Below are positions 16,746 through 26,949 of a stretch of DNA of 52,960 nucleotides, in pieces. Under the pieces are notes generated by a model that made no database searches, had not been told where the DNA came from, and worked only from the letters and a program-made list of their open reading frames with translations. The stretch is from the IMG/VR virus record IMGVR_UViG_3300016656_000176, positions 1-52,960 of that record; one strand, 5' to 3'. Position 1 is the stretch's first letter. Each line of letters starts with the position of its first letter. This DNA comes from a virus. Taxonomy: Duplodnaviria; Caudoviricetes. Position numbers and translations under genes: made by a program.

Positions 16746-18506
16746 CTAAGCCTGCTCTAAGCAGTCAATGATATTTTTAAACTTTTGCAAGTGACCGGCA
16801 TTATTTGGATGCAAACCATCCGCCAGGAACACTTCACCCGTTAGTTTTTGTTTAAGTGTGGCGCGGTAGTTATCGATATAACCACAACTAAAGTTAGATG
16901 CGACCTGGGCAATCATTCGCGCCACATCGGCTTGTGAATATTTAGCCGTAACCATTGATGGGTAATCTAAGTCGGCATAGTTTGCGGCCATTAACACCAA
17001 ACTTTTGCCGCGCGCGTTAATGATGTAATCGGCAATTGCCGCCAAGTTTCGCTTAGTCCTAACGGGGTCATTCGGCTCCGTGGTTAAGGCGCGGTCATTG
17101 GTCCCGAGCTGGACAATCACATGGGTATCGTCATTCGCCACCGAGGCCGACAGCCGGCCGGCAGTCGGTAGCCACTCCAGGGTATTGGTCCCGATCAGGC
17201 CGTCATTGGCGACGCGGATTTTTCGGGTGCGCTGGATCGCTTCAAACGCAACCGCTCCCGTGCAGCGCAGCTCCACCGCGTGACGACCAAAGGGCAGCGC
17301 GATAGTGACGGTTTTGCCATAGGTGGTGGCGGCGTTGGTGGCAATGACCGTGCGGTTAACCACCCCATCCACCAGCACCGTGAAGCTGCCGGCGGCTGGA
17401 GACTCGCGGTACACCAGGGTAAAGCCGGTGCCCACCGTTTCGAAACACAGCGCGTAGGCATCTGGCACCACACACAACGCCTTCAAGGCCGCGCTAGCAT
17501 CGGCACTGACGGCCTTTCCGGCGACCTCACGCGTGGCGACGTTGATCACTGACACTTTCATCGATGTGGTCACATCAATGGCGTGCACCGCTTCATACAA
17601 CGCCACACCGGGCGCCGGACTGCTCATGACCCCGGATGAATAACGGGCGCCGAGGTACTGGTGCAGCAGGTTCGCCCAGCTTGGCGAGGTGAGGTTATTG
17701 CGGGTATCGGTCAGCGCATGGTTTCGGGGATCTAAAGGTCCGCCACCAATAACGGTCATGCCCCAGGTGATCGAGTCACCGACCAAACGGATCAAGACAT
17801 CTTCCAGTTCATTGGACAGTGACGCGCGCAACCCCGCCAGAACCGACACGCTTTTGGTCTGGGCCACCGCCTGCGCCACAGGGTCGAGCGAATAGTGGAA
17901 GCCGTCCGCATCCATAACGCTAAAACCTGAACTGACATGAGGCAGAGTTAGGTTTTGAACCGAGAGCAATTCGGTTTGAAGGCCCGATTTGCCAATCTCA
18001 AACGCCCCGGTTTTCAGAAAGCCATCAGTGTGTACATGGAGTAGTTCAAAGCCGTCCGCGTCCGCCACTGATGCGCCAATGTCGGGCGCGCTGCTGGAAG
18101 GCGAAATAAGCCCCAGCACATCGTTGACCGCCGTTGCATTGGGATAGGTATCTTGATAATCCGCCACACCCCCCGTGTTCCGCCATAAAATTAAATACCC
18201 TTTCGACGCTGGGCTGGGAGTACTGAAGTAACCACCATCTACCGTTTTCAATAGCCCCAGCTCAGTCGTGTCGTAGGTCGCGGCCCCTGCTAGCTGTGAG
18301 GCAACTTCGGTCAGCACGGCAGTAACCTTTTCTTGGCCCTGCACCACTTGTTTGGCCAGCGACGGCACCAGGCCGGACTCGGTGAGCACATCCGTCGTGG
18401 CGCTACCGTGGATGTATTCGTGCTGCTTCCCAGCCGCAGCCGTGGACATCACCGCCGCCTCCGCGACCTGACCAGCCCAGGCTTCCAGCGCTGAAATATC
18501 TGTCAT
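16746..18506 (-). CDS. Tailspike with SGNH/GDSL esterase domain
   Basis: VGDSITWG, NDGLIG, QLGTND, DGLHPN blocks. Confidence 0.8.
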   Translation of the reverse strand: MTDISALEAWAGQVAEAAVMSTAAAGKQHEYIHGSATTDVLTESGLVPSLAKQVVQGQEKVTAVLTEVASQLAGAATYDTTELGLLKTVDGGYFSTPSPASKGYLILWRNTGGVADYQDTYPNATAVNDVLGLISPSSSAPDIGASVADADGFELLHVHTDGFLKTGAFEIGKSGLQTELLSVQNLTLPHVSSGFSVMDADGFHYSLDPVAQAVAQTKSVSVLAGLRASLSNELEDVLIRLVGDSITWGMTVIGGGPLDPRNHALTDTRNNLTSPSWANLLHQYLGARYSSGVMSSPAPGVALYEAVHAIDVTTSMKVSVINVATREVAGKAVSADASAALKALCVVPDAYALCFETVGTGFTLVYRESPAAGSFTVLVDGVVNRTVIATNAATTYGKTVTIALPFGRHAVELRCTGAVAFEAIQRTRKIRVANDGLIGTNTLEWLPTAGRLSASVANDDTHVIVQLGTNDRALTTEPNDPVRTKRNLAAIADYIINARGKSLVLMAANYADLDYPSMVTAKYSQADVARMIAQVASNFSCGYIDNYRATLKQKLTGEVFLADGLHPNNAGHLQKFKNIIDCLEQA

Positions 18507-18589
18507 GCATGTTTCTCCAGGCGTAAAAAAACCCGCAGGGCGGGTTGGGTGTTCTTTGAAGTAGTGACAGCTTTGTGGGCCGCCTGTGG

Positions 18590-19318
18590 TTAATACCCAG
18601 GGGCTCGGCCAAGTGCGCGCCAGTGGACGGTGACCCCTATGAGATTCGTATCGTTGAACAGCTGATACCGCGTCGCGTCGGTGGCGAACGCTCCAGCGGC
18701 GTTGCCGTCAGCGTCCACCGAGCTGGTATTGATCTTGTTACCGAAGCAGTTGTAAACCTCGGCAAAGGGCGTAGGGAAGTTGATCGGCGCGGTCGTGGTA
18801 TCGGGCGCGCAATAGCCACTACCCCACTGCTCCAGCAACCCGGTCGCTTTGTCCAGCCGCCAACCATTGGCGGCCATCAGCGCGGTGTTCTTGTCTTGCT
18901 TGGTCGCTGCCAGGTTATCTATCTCGGCTTGCTTGGCGGCCAGCGCAGCGTCGATAACAACCTTGGTGTAGGCATCGCCAATGCTATAGCCAGCTAAGGT
19001 GCTCGCATTGTTGGCCTTCTTCGACAGCAGCCAATCCGTCTCAGGCTTCGTATACGCATCGAGAATGCCGTAACCGGCCAATGTAGTGGCCTTTAACGGA
19101 TAAGCCGCGCCAAAGGCCTGTATGGCCTTGAGCAACTGCGTGTTGTCGTTGGCATCAAGCTCGGGCAGGTAAGCCAGGATAAAGTTGGCCAACTCTTCCT
19201 GAACCATGTTCAACCACTCGGCTTTGAGCGGCGTGGGCGCCACGCCACCGGTCACGGTGCCGTAACGAAACAGCCCCAACGCCGCGACCAGTTCGGTCCA
19301 GCTGGAAATTCTTTGCAT
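18590..19318 (-). CDS. Short tail fibre protein
   Basis: AEWLNMVQEEL N-terminus; TLAGYxIxDAYTK repeats; QWG...FPTPF C-terminus. Confidence 0.8.
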   Translation of the reverse strand: MQRISSWTELVAALGLFRYGTVTGGVAPTPLKAEWLNMVQEELANFILAYLPELDANDNTQLLKAIQAFGAAYPLKATTLAGYGILDAYTKPETDWLLSKKANNASTLAGYSIGDAYTKVVIDAALAAKQAEIDNLAATKQDKNTALMAANGWRLDKATGLLEQWGSGYCAPDTTTAPINFPTPFAEVYNCFGNKINTSSVDADGNAAGAFATDATRYQLFNDTNLIGVTVHWRALGRAPGY

Positions 19319-19319
19319 G

Positions 19320-19970
19320 CTACAAGTCCTCGATGCCAGCTACGGCCGCCGGCACCACGTAATGAATGGCGTTGAACAGTTGATCAACCTGCAGCGCAAT
19401 GCTCGCGACCACCTCTTGGCCAAAGCCCAGCACCACATCGGTGTATTCCGGGGCATCCCTCTGCAGTCGGCAGTCCAACGTCGCCGCCGCCTCAGTCCCG
19501 TAAGCCTCTACAGGCGCCGACGCAATCCAGCTCCAGGGCCAGGCAGCGCCATAGAGGAAGTCGCCCACGCTGGTCGAGCCAACCCGGGCCGGGCGGAATT
19601 CATCAATCTGGATCGGGATACCACTCTGCCCCCCAAGCTTGCGGTAGTAGCTCAACTGGGGCGCGCCGGTGGCTGTCAGCTTGTCGATCACCGCCGCGCG
19701 GCGCTCTTCAAGGGTCTGAGAACCCGGCACCACACACACGTCCGGCAGGCCTAAGTAGCCCTCCCATACCGGCAATAGCACAGTCGCGGTAGCCGGGTTC
19801 AACTCCAGCAACAGCGCCTCGCCATTGCCATCTGCCCGGGCCAGCTCAGGGGCCAGCGCTGCCATCGTCTGCGCTACATCTGGCTGCAGCTCCAGATCGA
19901 ACGCAGGCCCCGGCGGTAAAAGCTGCTGCAGCTGCTGCAAGTAGCTCGCCTCGGTGTCGATCAAGCCCAT
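19320..19970 (-). CDS. Baseplate protein YmfQ/DUF2313 (Mu gp48-like)
   Basis: LQQLLPPGPA...WEGYLGLPD. Confidence 0.8.
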   Translation of the reverse strand: MGLIDTEASYLQQLQQLLPPGPAFDLELQPDVAQTMAALAPELARADGNGEALLLELNPATATVLLPVWEGYLGLPDVCVVPGSQTLEERRAAVIDKLTATGAPQLSYYRKLGGQSGIPIQIDEFRPARVGSTSVGDFLYGAAWPWSWIASAPVEAYGTEAAATLDCRLQRDAPEYTDVVLGFGQEVVASIALQVDQLFNAIHYVVPAAVAGIEDL

Positions 19971-21004
19971 GTGAACACCCCCGGCACTGCCACTTGGTTA
20001 GGCCCCATCACCACGTCAGCCGCTGGCTCAATCAGCACATGGTCAGTTTCTCCCGGGGTATTGCTGATCGCCGAGCCCACATGCGTTTTCAGCAGCGTTT
20101 CACCCGGCCCGCCTTCGTCATCAATCAGAACGCGCAGCGACTGCTCAACAGCGGCGCGCAACGCCGTGCTGTCAGGCGTGAGCCGTAGAGTGAAATTCAG
20201 GGGGCGAGCTTCTGCAGCCAGGGCATAGACCTCTGACGTAACCGGGCGTTTCTTGTCTAGATAAGCCTGTACCACGGCCACTTGGGCAGCGGTGGGAATG
20301 ATCTCGGGATCGCCGTCACGCACGAATGCCAGCCCAAAGGTGCCCGGCCCCATCCACCGTGGTAACGCCCACGCCCGGGTGACGCCCGGCACCTGCAAGG
20401 CCCACTCCACAAAGTCCTCACCGTTGCCGACTTTACTGGGGTTTTTAAACGCGGCTTTGACCCGCGCACGCAGCGCCTCGATGCTTTCCTTTTCCGCACC
20501 ACCCACGATGCCATCCGGCCCTATCACTGCCTCGGGGTTAACACCCAGCACAGGGGTGGCCGCCGTCAGGGTTCCGGCCTCGATGTTGCCCAGCGTTCCA
20601 ACGTCCTCTGCCACCACCTTTAAAGTGGCCCCTCCAGCCACCAGCGTGACCGCCTCGGCGACCACATATTGCCGGCCATCTTTGGACTGATAGCGCTGGC
20701 CAGCGTCCACCAGGGCGCCACTCGATCCCACTACAGTCGCAAACCCTGCAGCAGCAACGGCCGGGGTTGGGCCATCATCCAGGCGCCAATCGGCCCAACT
20801 CAGCAACATGGCTTCGTCGCAGGTCGCCGGGTTGGACTGGCGGGCAATCCAGTCCTGATAGCCATACAGCTCATACACAGCACCACTCAGCGCGCGGGCG
20901 GCCACCTTGGCATCAGCCCGACGCAGCGCGTCCGGGGCGTTGCGTTCAAAGTCAGCCTCCGTCCGCTTGATCAGCGCCGGCAGCGTCGGAATCTCATACC
21001 GCAT
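19961..21004 (-). CDS. Baseplate J / Mu gp47
   Basis: GGAEKES...WALQVPGVTRAW. Confidence 0.88.
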   Translation of the reverse strand: MRYEIPTLPALIKRTEADFERNAPDALRRADAKVAARALSGAVYELYGYQDWIARQSNPATCDEAMLLSWADWRLDDGPTPAVAAAGFATVVGSSGALVDAGQRYQSKDGRQYVVAEAVTLVAGGATLKVVAEDVGTLGNIEAGTLTAATPVLGVNPEAVIGPDGIVGGAEKESIEALRARVKAAFKNPSKVGNGEDFVEWALQVPGVTRAWALPRWMGPGTFGLAFVRDGDPEIIPTAAQVAVVQAYLDKKRPVTSEVYALAAEARPLNFTLRLTPDSTALRAAVEQSLRVLIDDEGGPGETLLKTHVGSAISNTPGETDHVLIEPAADVVMGPNQVAVPGVFTWA

Positions 21005-21380
21005 TGATCAGCCCCCATGTGTCTTCAAAATTCAATTCCAGCGTCTCGCCGTTCTGCTCGGTCAGCATGACGCGCAGATTCATCCGGTCATTCCCTTGAC
21101 GCTCAGCCGTTACGGTAACGCTCGTCACCACTTCGTCATCCACCAACCAGGCCAGCGCTTCCTCGGCGTAGGACTGGGCATCCTTGAGCGTGTCCGCTAC
21201 CAGTGTCCGGCGCTGCAGCAGCCACAGCCGCGAACCAATTTTGTCGCCGGCAACGGATGGCACGCAGTCCGCCCACCAGCCTTTACGGTCGCTATCATCC
21301 ACGGCGTCATCCGGCCCTGCGCGGCGCCAGGTGAACAGACTGATCGTCACAGAGCGGCGCAATAAACCCTCTCGCGTCAT
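20994..21380 (-). CDS. Mu gp46-like baseplate protein
   Basis: ISLFTWRRA...GWWAD...GSRLWLL. Confidence 0.85.
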   Translation of the reverse strand: MTREGLLRRSVTISLFTWRRAGPDDAVDDSDRKGWWADCVPSVAGDKIGSRLWLLQRRTLVADTLKDAQSYAEEALAWLVDDEVVTSVTVTAERQGNDRMNLRVMLTEQNGETLELNFEDTWGLINAV

Positions 21381-21892
21381 CCCTCACCCCCGACCGGCGG
21401 CCCGCTCTGCTTGTCGCCCTTTTCAACACCGTCATGCAGGTGCTCCATCTGACTGATCCCACCGGCAACCTGATCACCAGCGGACTCAATCCGGCCGCTG
21501 GCTCTGATCACCGGCGTCTCAAAGTTCACCGAGTCCGACGCCTTGACGTTCAGCGTCACGGTCTCCAGATCGATGATCCGTCCACGCTTGAAGTGGAGTT
21601 TGTCGCCTTCGTCGGTGTACAGCGCCACCTCGCCCGGCTTGAGCCCCTGCAGCCGAAAACGCCGGTCGGCCACCACGATCACCACGCCATGACTACGATC
21701 CCCCCCAATAAACCCAGCCAGCGCCTCGGCGCCCGCCAAGGGGCACGCCGTGAACCCGTAAGGCTCCAGGTGCTCCATGTTGTCTTTGACCTCGCCAGCC
21801 AACAGCCGCAGCTGCAGGCTTTGCAGCTTGCTCGCCGAGTTACCCAAGGCCACCACCCCACGCGCCAGAATGTTCGCTAAGCCGTTTCTCAT
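21377..21892 (-). CDS. Baseplate spike (gpV / Mu gp45)
   Basis: EHLEPYGF; C-terminal HLH metal motif. Confidence 0.85.
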   Translation of the reverse strand: MRNGLANILARGVVALGNSASKLQSLQLRLLAGEVKDNMEHLEPYGFTACPLAGAEALAGFIGGDRSHGVVIVVADRRFRLQGLKPGEVALYTDEGDKLHFKRGRIIDLETVTLNVKASDSVNFETPVIRASGRIESAGDQVAGGISQMEHLHDGVEKGDKQSGPPVGGEG

Positions 21893-23001
21893 GGTGTGTA
21901 GTCCGCTGGAATGAGGTATTCGAAGTTGTCAGTCTTCTTGCCCTTCTTGAGCTTGCGCTTTTCGTAAGCGTCGTTCGGCTCAGGCAGGAAGGTTTCAGGC
22001 GGCGCCACGCTGATTTTTGCCGTGGTACCGCCCGACTCGCTCAGCTCGTAACTGATTTCACTGATCAACACGTCACGATCTAAACCGATCAGGGGATCGA
22101 TCAGCCGCGCGATCATGTTGTGCCGCCACAGCTCACCGCTGCTTTGCCGCCAACCTTGAAGCACGTATTCGACCGTCAAGGCCTTGCCGACCGCATTGGC
22201 CCGCTCCCACTCGACCCGGCCGCGCGCAATGGCGTCGGTCGTCTGCCCTGATTGCTTGATGACTTTTACGCGACGGCGGCTGACCCGTTCGTCAAGAATC
22301 CGCGCTTCAACCTCAGTGGCCTCGGTCCCAAAGCTGTCATCGGTGCCGCTGCGCTGGCCCTTGCTGACATACTCGGAAAACACATTGGAGAAGTCCAGGT
22401 TGGCATTGCCGCTCAGGATGTTCTTACCCAGCTCCAGGGTGTCAGTGGCACGCCCTGCACTGCCCGGGCTGGCAATGACCAACCGTCCCTGTCCATCGTC
22501 CGTGCTGAACAACCGTGAAATAGTCAGCAGTCGGTCGATGCTTTCAAACGCGGTTTCCCCGGGCTCAATCGTGTGGTCTTCAATGTTTAGCGTCGCCGTG
22601 GCGTCATTGATCACGGGAATTTTGTACTCCCCGGCAATGGCGGCAACGATCTTTTGCACGCTTTGATTGCGCCACTGGCCGGGCGTGTTGATCGCCGCAC
22701 AGTCCACCAGATCCGCCGTGCGCGAACGCCCGGTAATACTCAGGGTGATGGACTCACTGTCGTAGCGAATAGGCGAACCGAACACATAGCCCGTCAACAA
22801 CAGATCCTGACCGATGCGCACCTCAACCTCTTCGCCATGCTGAATCCTGACCGGGACTGGGCCACCGCCCGGCCATTGCCAAGTGATACCCAAGGTGAAT
22901 TCCCGGGCCTGTCTTTCAAGGCCGGCACTGATACTGACGGCTTTCCAACCGCCGTAGTCGTGCCCGCCAACGCTCAGGGTGACGGCATTGGAATCATTCA
23001 T
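21889..23001 (-). CDS. Baseplate hub (Mu gp44/P)
   Basis: GWKAVSI...GRSRTADLVDC. Confidence 0.85.
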   Translation of the reverse strand: MNDSNAVTLSVGGHDYGGWKAVSISAGLERQAREFTLGITWQWPGGGPVPVRIQHGEEVEVRIGQDLLLTGYVFGSPIRYDSESITLSITGRSRTADLVDCAAINTPGQWRNQSVQKIVAAIAGEYKIPVINDATATLNIEDHTIEPGETAFESIDRLLTISRLFSTDDGQGRLVIASPGSAGRATDTLELGKNILSGNANLDFSNVFSEYVSKGQRSGTDDSFGTEATEVEARILDERVSRRRVKVIKQSGQTTDAIARGRVEWERANAVGKALTVEYVLQGWRQSSGELWRHNMIARLIDPLIGLDRDVLISEISYELSESGGTTAKISVAPPETFLPEPNDAYEKRKLKKGKKTDNFEYLIPADYTP

Positions 23002-23003
23002 AA

Positions 23004-24263
23004 TTAGGTTTTCGCTACTTGAAGTTCTGTCGCCGGTACAAAGCCCGGGTGACGCACACGGTTACGCGAAACGATCTCGCCACTGCGCAGCGCATCGCCA
23101 TACAACGCATGGGCCAGAACCAGCGACGAAACGGTTTCAGCCGGCGCATAAGCGCGCAGGCCTATCCCACTGCGTGCCACTTCGGTCAGGTGGCGATCAA
23201 GGGCAAGCCGCGCCCCGCTCAGCGCGCCAAAGTGTTCTGGCTGGCTGTCACTGGCAACAGACCACAGCGCGTCACTGATGGCGTCCCGCACCTCTAAAAC
23301 ATCGTCTGCAATCGGCACATTCGTCACGGTCGAGCTACCCGCTTCAACCGTGGCGCCTTGCTGCGCCAGTTGCACATCGAGGTCGGCCGGATCGTTGACA
23401 CCTTCAGCGACCGCTATCGGGACTTGGGCCATATCCAGCAACAAATCCAACAGCGCCGCATCCTGAACCAGTCCGATCACCGCCGCCTGAACCGCCGCCA
23501 CATCTGCGTTATCCGTAACGGGCGCCGATGCTTGCAAAGACGACACCGCCGAAGCCTTGGAGCTGCTGCCTGTAAACGAGCCATCGGCGCCGTAGCCGCT
23601 GAACGTGCGCTCAAGGCTGGAAATATCACTCAACAGGCTGGCCGAGAACGCCCCCGGGGCGTTAACGATCGAATACACAAACGAATCCAGATCGCCCGCC
23701 AAAGTGGTAAATGGCTTAAGGAAGCCAATACCAAAGGCGTGCGCACTGGATACCGCTGAACGCACGGCGTTGACACGCTGCCGCGCCAAATCAACGGTGC
23801 CCATTGCCGCGTTGAAACGGGCTTTCATTGACTCCAGCAGAGTCGGCGCCTGCTCAGCCAGCAAGCGCCGGGTATTAGGCGACTGCACCGGAAAGGACAG
23901 CATCCCGTCAATAAACATCAAGCTAAAGCGCACCATGCCCAGCTCGTTACGAGCATGGGACACTTCGCAATCACCCGGCGTTACCGTCATGCGCCCAAAC
24001 CACGGGTGGACCAACTCACCGGGCCCGGGCGTATCCAGAGCCGTCAGCAGCTTATCGCGCTGCGAAAGGCAGTCATCCCCCGCCACAAAGCCGCTGAACT
24101 TGTATTCCCGCGTGCGTCGCCCAAGGTCTTCGACAAAGGGCTGATCACGCTGGGGGAACTCATGCACTTGCGTGCGCCGGCCCACGTTTGCGCTGTCAGT
24201 ATCCAGCAAGAATGGCACCCCCCGAAAGGAGGCGCCTTGCCTTCTATCACGCCATTCACTCAT
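23004..24263 (-). CDS. DNA circularization protein (Mu N-like)
   Basis: ASFRGVPF...HEFPQRD...EDLGR. Confidence 0.88.
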   Translation of the reverse strand: MSEWRDRRQGASFRGVPFLLDTDSANVGRRTQVHEFPQRDQPFVEDLGRRTREYKFSGFVAGDDCLSQRDKLLTALDTPGPGELVHPWFGRMTVTPGDCEVSHARNELGMVRFSLMFIDGMLSFPVQSPNTRRLLAEQAPTLLESMKARFNAAMGTVDLARQRVNAVRSAVSSAHAFGIGFLKPFTTLAGDLDSFVYSIVNAPGAFSASLLSDISSLERTFSGYGADGSFTGSSSKASAVSSLQASAPVTDNADVAAVQAAVIGLVQDAALLDLLLDMAQVPIAVAEGVNDPADLDVQLAQQGATVEAGSSTVTNVPIADDVLEVRDAISDALWSVASDSQPEHFGALSGARLALDRHLTEVARSGIGLRAYAPAETVSSLVLAHALYGDALRSGEIVSRNRVRHPGFVPATELQVAKT

Positions 24264-26104
24264 TGCGGGTTGCTCCCTGACAGCGAGCGGTAGCCCACCC
24301 GTGGTGTGATAGAAAGTCCTGGCTGGTTACTGGTGCCAGGGTCAGCCCGGAAACCTTGTGGCGCATTCTCAAAACGCAACACCATGCCGCCCTCCAGCTG
24401 CGTCTTGGCGTTGGCCGAGGCTTGCGCAAGCAATGACTGGCCGGGAGACTGCCCAACAGAAGACACCAGCGGGCTCGGGGCCATCGCTGAACCACCGGAA
24501 TTAACCAGTGGCCCACGCGCCCCCGAACCACTCCCGCCCGTCGACACGATCCCCAGCTTGCCGCCGACCCACTCTCCCATCTGCATCAGCGGCTCAAGAT
24601 AAGGCTTGATCCGCTCATACATGCCCTTGAACCACGCGACAATCGGGTCCCAGTTAGCAATGATCATTGCCATAGGGGTGTAGGAAAACACGCCTTTAAA
24701 CAGCTCCCACAAACTGGTCAGTGGCCCGCCAATCCTCGCCCAAATCGCCTCAAAGTACGGCGCAACGGTCGACCAGTTGGCAATCATCAGGCCAGCCGCT
24801 AGTGCAATGACGCGAACCAGCATGCCCACCGGGCTCATGCCCACTACAGCACCAAACACTTTGGTAGCCACCGTCGCCGCCATGACCGCCAGGCGCAGCA
24901 CGCTGAATCCGATAGCCGCCCCTAACAAGCCCTTAACCAACCCCGGATTGGCGCCGGCCAGATCGCCCACCATGCTGATCATCGGCCCAATGGTTGCGAT
25001 GGCCTCATTGAGAGGCGGCAAAAAGATGTTGCCAATCGTGATGCCCGCACTGGTCAGGCGGTTGGTAAGCAGTTGAATAGCGTTGGCCGTAGTGGCCGAG
25101 CGGGACGTGTATTCAGCCTGCATCGAGCCGGTGTATTGCGCTTCGTCACCGGCGTTCCTGAAGTTCCTTTTCAGCAGATCGAGGTTGGTCAGCATTGGTG
25201 CAATCGCACCTACAGACTCAGTGCCGAACAACTGCGTCAGAAGCCCGGCCTGCTTGGTTTTATCGACCTTTGATATACGGTCGAGCACATCCAGCATCGT
25301 GCCCTGTGCGTCCTTCTGCATGCCCTCGGCCAGCTTTTTGGTGTCAATCCGCAGAGCCTTAAAGGACTGCATCTGCGACTTGGTGGCCGACGACCCTTTG
25401 GTCAGGGCCAGCATGAAGTTTTTCATGCCTGTAGCCGCCACCTCACTTGGCACACCAACCCCCGCCAACGTCGCACCCATTGCCGCAATCTGGCCAGAAG
25501 CCAAACCGGCAATTTCCCCCAAGGGGCCGATGCGCGTCACGATGTCGGAAATTTGCTGCGCGCTCGCCGGGCCGGTGTTGCTCAAGTAGTTGATCTTGTC
25601 GGCCAACGCGACCACTTCCGGCTGCGTCAACTTAAACGAGGTTCGCCACTTGGCCATCATTTCGCCCGACTGATCGGCCGTCTGATCGAAGGCAATGCCC
25701 ATCTTTACCGCATCTTGTGCAAACGCCTGCAGTTCGGCCCGAGGGATAGATGCTTGGCCACCCGCCGCGACAATCTTGGCAATCCCCTCGGCGCTCATCG
25801 GCAGCGCCTCAGACAGGTTGAGCACGTCCTCGCTCATCTGCTTGAATTGCTCCGGCGTGTCGAAGTTAACCACCTTCTTCACGTCAGCCATGGCCGATTC
25901 AAACTTGATCGCCTCGCTCACCCCTGCGATGAAAGGGGCAGCAAAAGCACCACCCTTCGCAATGTCAGCAAAGCCGATGTTGCCCAGGCCTGAGCTGTCC
26001 ATTTGCCTACGGAACCCGGCCACCCGCCGGCGAATGCCAGCAAGCGCAGGCGATAGCCTGTCGACGCCGGTAATCAGCGCCTTAAGCTGGAATCTCTCTG
26101 CCAT
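24260..26104 (-). CDS. Tail tape measure protein
   Basis: 614 aa, Ala-rich; FESAMADVKKV. Confidence 0.9.
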   Translation of the reverse strand: MAERFQLKALITGVDRLSPALAGIRRRVAGFRRQMDSSGLGNIGFADIAKGGAFAAPFIAGVSEAIKFESAMADVKKVVNFDTPEQFKQMSEDVLNLSEALPMSAEGIAKIVAAGGQASIPRAELQAFAQDAVKMGIAFDQTADQSGEMMAKWRTSFKLTQPEVVALADKINYLSNTGPASAQQISDIVTRIGPLGEIAGLASGQIAAMGATLAGVGVPSEVAATGMKNFMLALTKGSSATKSQMQSFKALRIDTKKLAEGMQKDAQGTMLDVLDRISKVDKTKQAGLLTQLFGTESVGAIAPMLTNLDLLKRNFRNAGDEAQYTGSMQAEYTSRSATTANAIQLLTNRLTSAGITIGNIFLPPLNEAIATIGPMISMVGDLAGANPGLVKGLLGAAIGFSVLRLAVMAATVATKVFGAVVGMSPVGMLVRVIALAAGLMIANWSTVAPYFEAIWARIGGPLTSLWELFKGVFSYTPMAMIIANWDPIVAWFKGMYERIKPYLEPLMQMGEWVGGKLGIVSTGGSGSGARGPLVNSGGSAMAPSPLVSSVGQSPGQSLLAQASANAKTQLEGGMVLRFENAPQGFRADPGTSNQPGLSITPRVGYRSLSGSNPQ

Positions 26105-26106
26105 GT

Positions 26107-26298
26107 CTACCCCGTCGCGCCGGCTTCGCTGATGCGCTGCGCGTGCTGCAAGTTCTCTTGCAGCACATCAAGCGGGCGATTCATCATGTTTTCAGGATCG
26201 ACCTTCCAGAACCAAGCAAGGTCGTACACGGTTCCCACCAACTGATTTAGCTCGGCGCCGTCTCCGCCGGCGGCGCTGAAGCCGGCGTCAAGAAAAAA
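26107..26298 (-). CDS. Tail chaperone -1 frameshift extension (gpGT-like)
   Basis: T TTT TTC slippery site at 26292-26298; -1 frame open up to the tape measure start. Confidence 0.6.
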   Translation of the reverse strand, partial: FFLDAGFSAAGGDGAELNQLVGTVYDLAWFWKVDPENMMNRPLDVLQENLQHAQRISEAGATG

Positions 26299-26552
26299 CC
26301 AGCAACCGCCCACGCCAGATTGTTCAGATCGGCCAGGTCCAGCTGGTTGACCGAGGGGGCGGGGATAGCGCCACAGACCGCGATGTACTTGGCCGCCACA
26401 TCCAGGTTCAGCGAAACCTCTTCATCCTTGCCGATGGCGTAAGGAAGCGTCTTAATGGCTCGACACTCGGCAACGGTCGGGCGACGCAGCGTGATACTGG
26501 TGACTTCTTCACCGTGCGCCTGAATCGGCGTGCTCAGCTTGTGTTCACTCAT
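26247..26552 (-). CDS. Tail assembly chaperone
   Basis: Between tube and tape measure. Confidence 0.8.
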   Translation of the reverse strand: MSEHKLSTPIQAHGEEVTSITLRRPTVAECRAIKTLPYAIGKDEEVSLNLDVAAKYIAVCGAIPAPSVNQLDLADLNNLAWAVAGFFLTPASAPPAETAPS

Positions 26553-26896
26553 TGCCATGCTCCTTTGATGCCGTGCCATTCGAATTCAATCGTGCCGTCG
26601 TCGCCCTTGGAAGACGGCTCGCCAACCACGTATGCACCCGAAAGGACGTAGACCCGGCCGTTGGCCAGCTCGGCGGTGATGGTCGAGTTAGTCGACGCCA
26701 TGATTTGCTTGATCGGCAAATCAGGGTCGTCAACAGCAGTCACTTTCACATAGGGCGGTAAGTCCTCTTCCTTGAAGAAACCCGGCGCCACTGTTTCGCG
26801 CTTCTTGTCACTCAGCGGACATTCAACGCCTCCGGTGACGGTCAACTGCCCGCCGTCTACCTTGACGTAGACGGTGCCGGCTACTTTCTTGCCCAT
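26549..26896 (-). CDS. Tail tube protein
   Basis: VAGTVYVKVDG...ITAELANG. Confidence 0.85.
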   Translation of the reverse strand: MGKKVAGTVYVKVDGGQLTVTGGVECPLSDKKRETVAPGFFKEEDLPPYVKVTAVDDPDLPIKQIMASTNSTITAELANGRVYVLSGAYVVGEPSSKGDDGTIEFEWHGIKGAWQ

Positions 26897-26949
26897 TGCG
26901 TTCTCCCACAAAAAAGCCCGCACTTGGCGGGCTATGGACGTTCGTTAAA

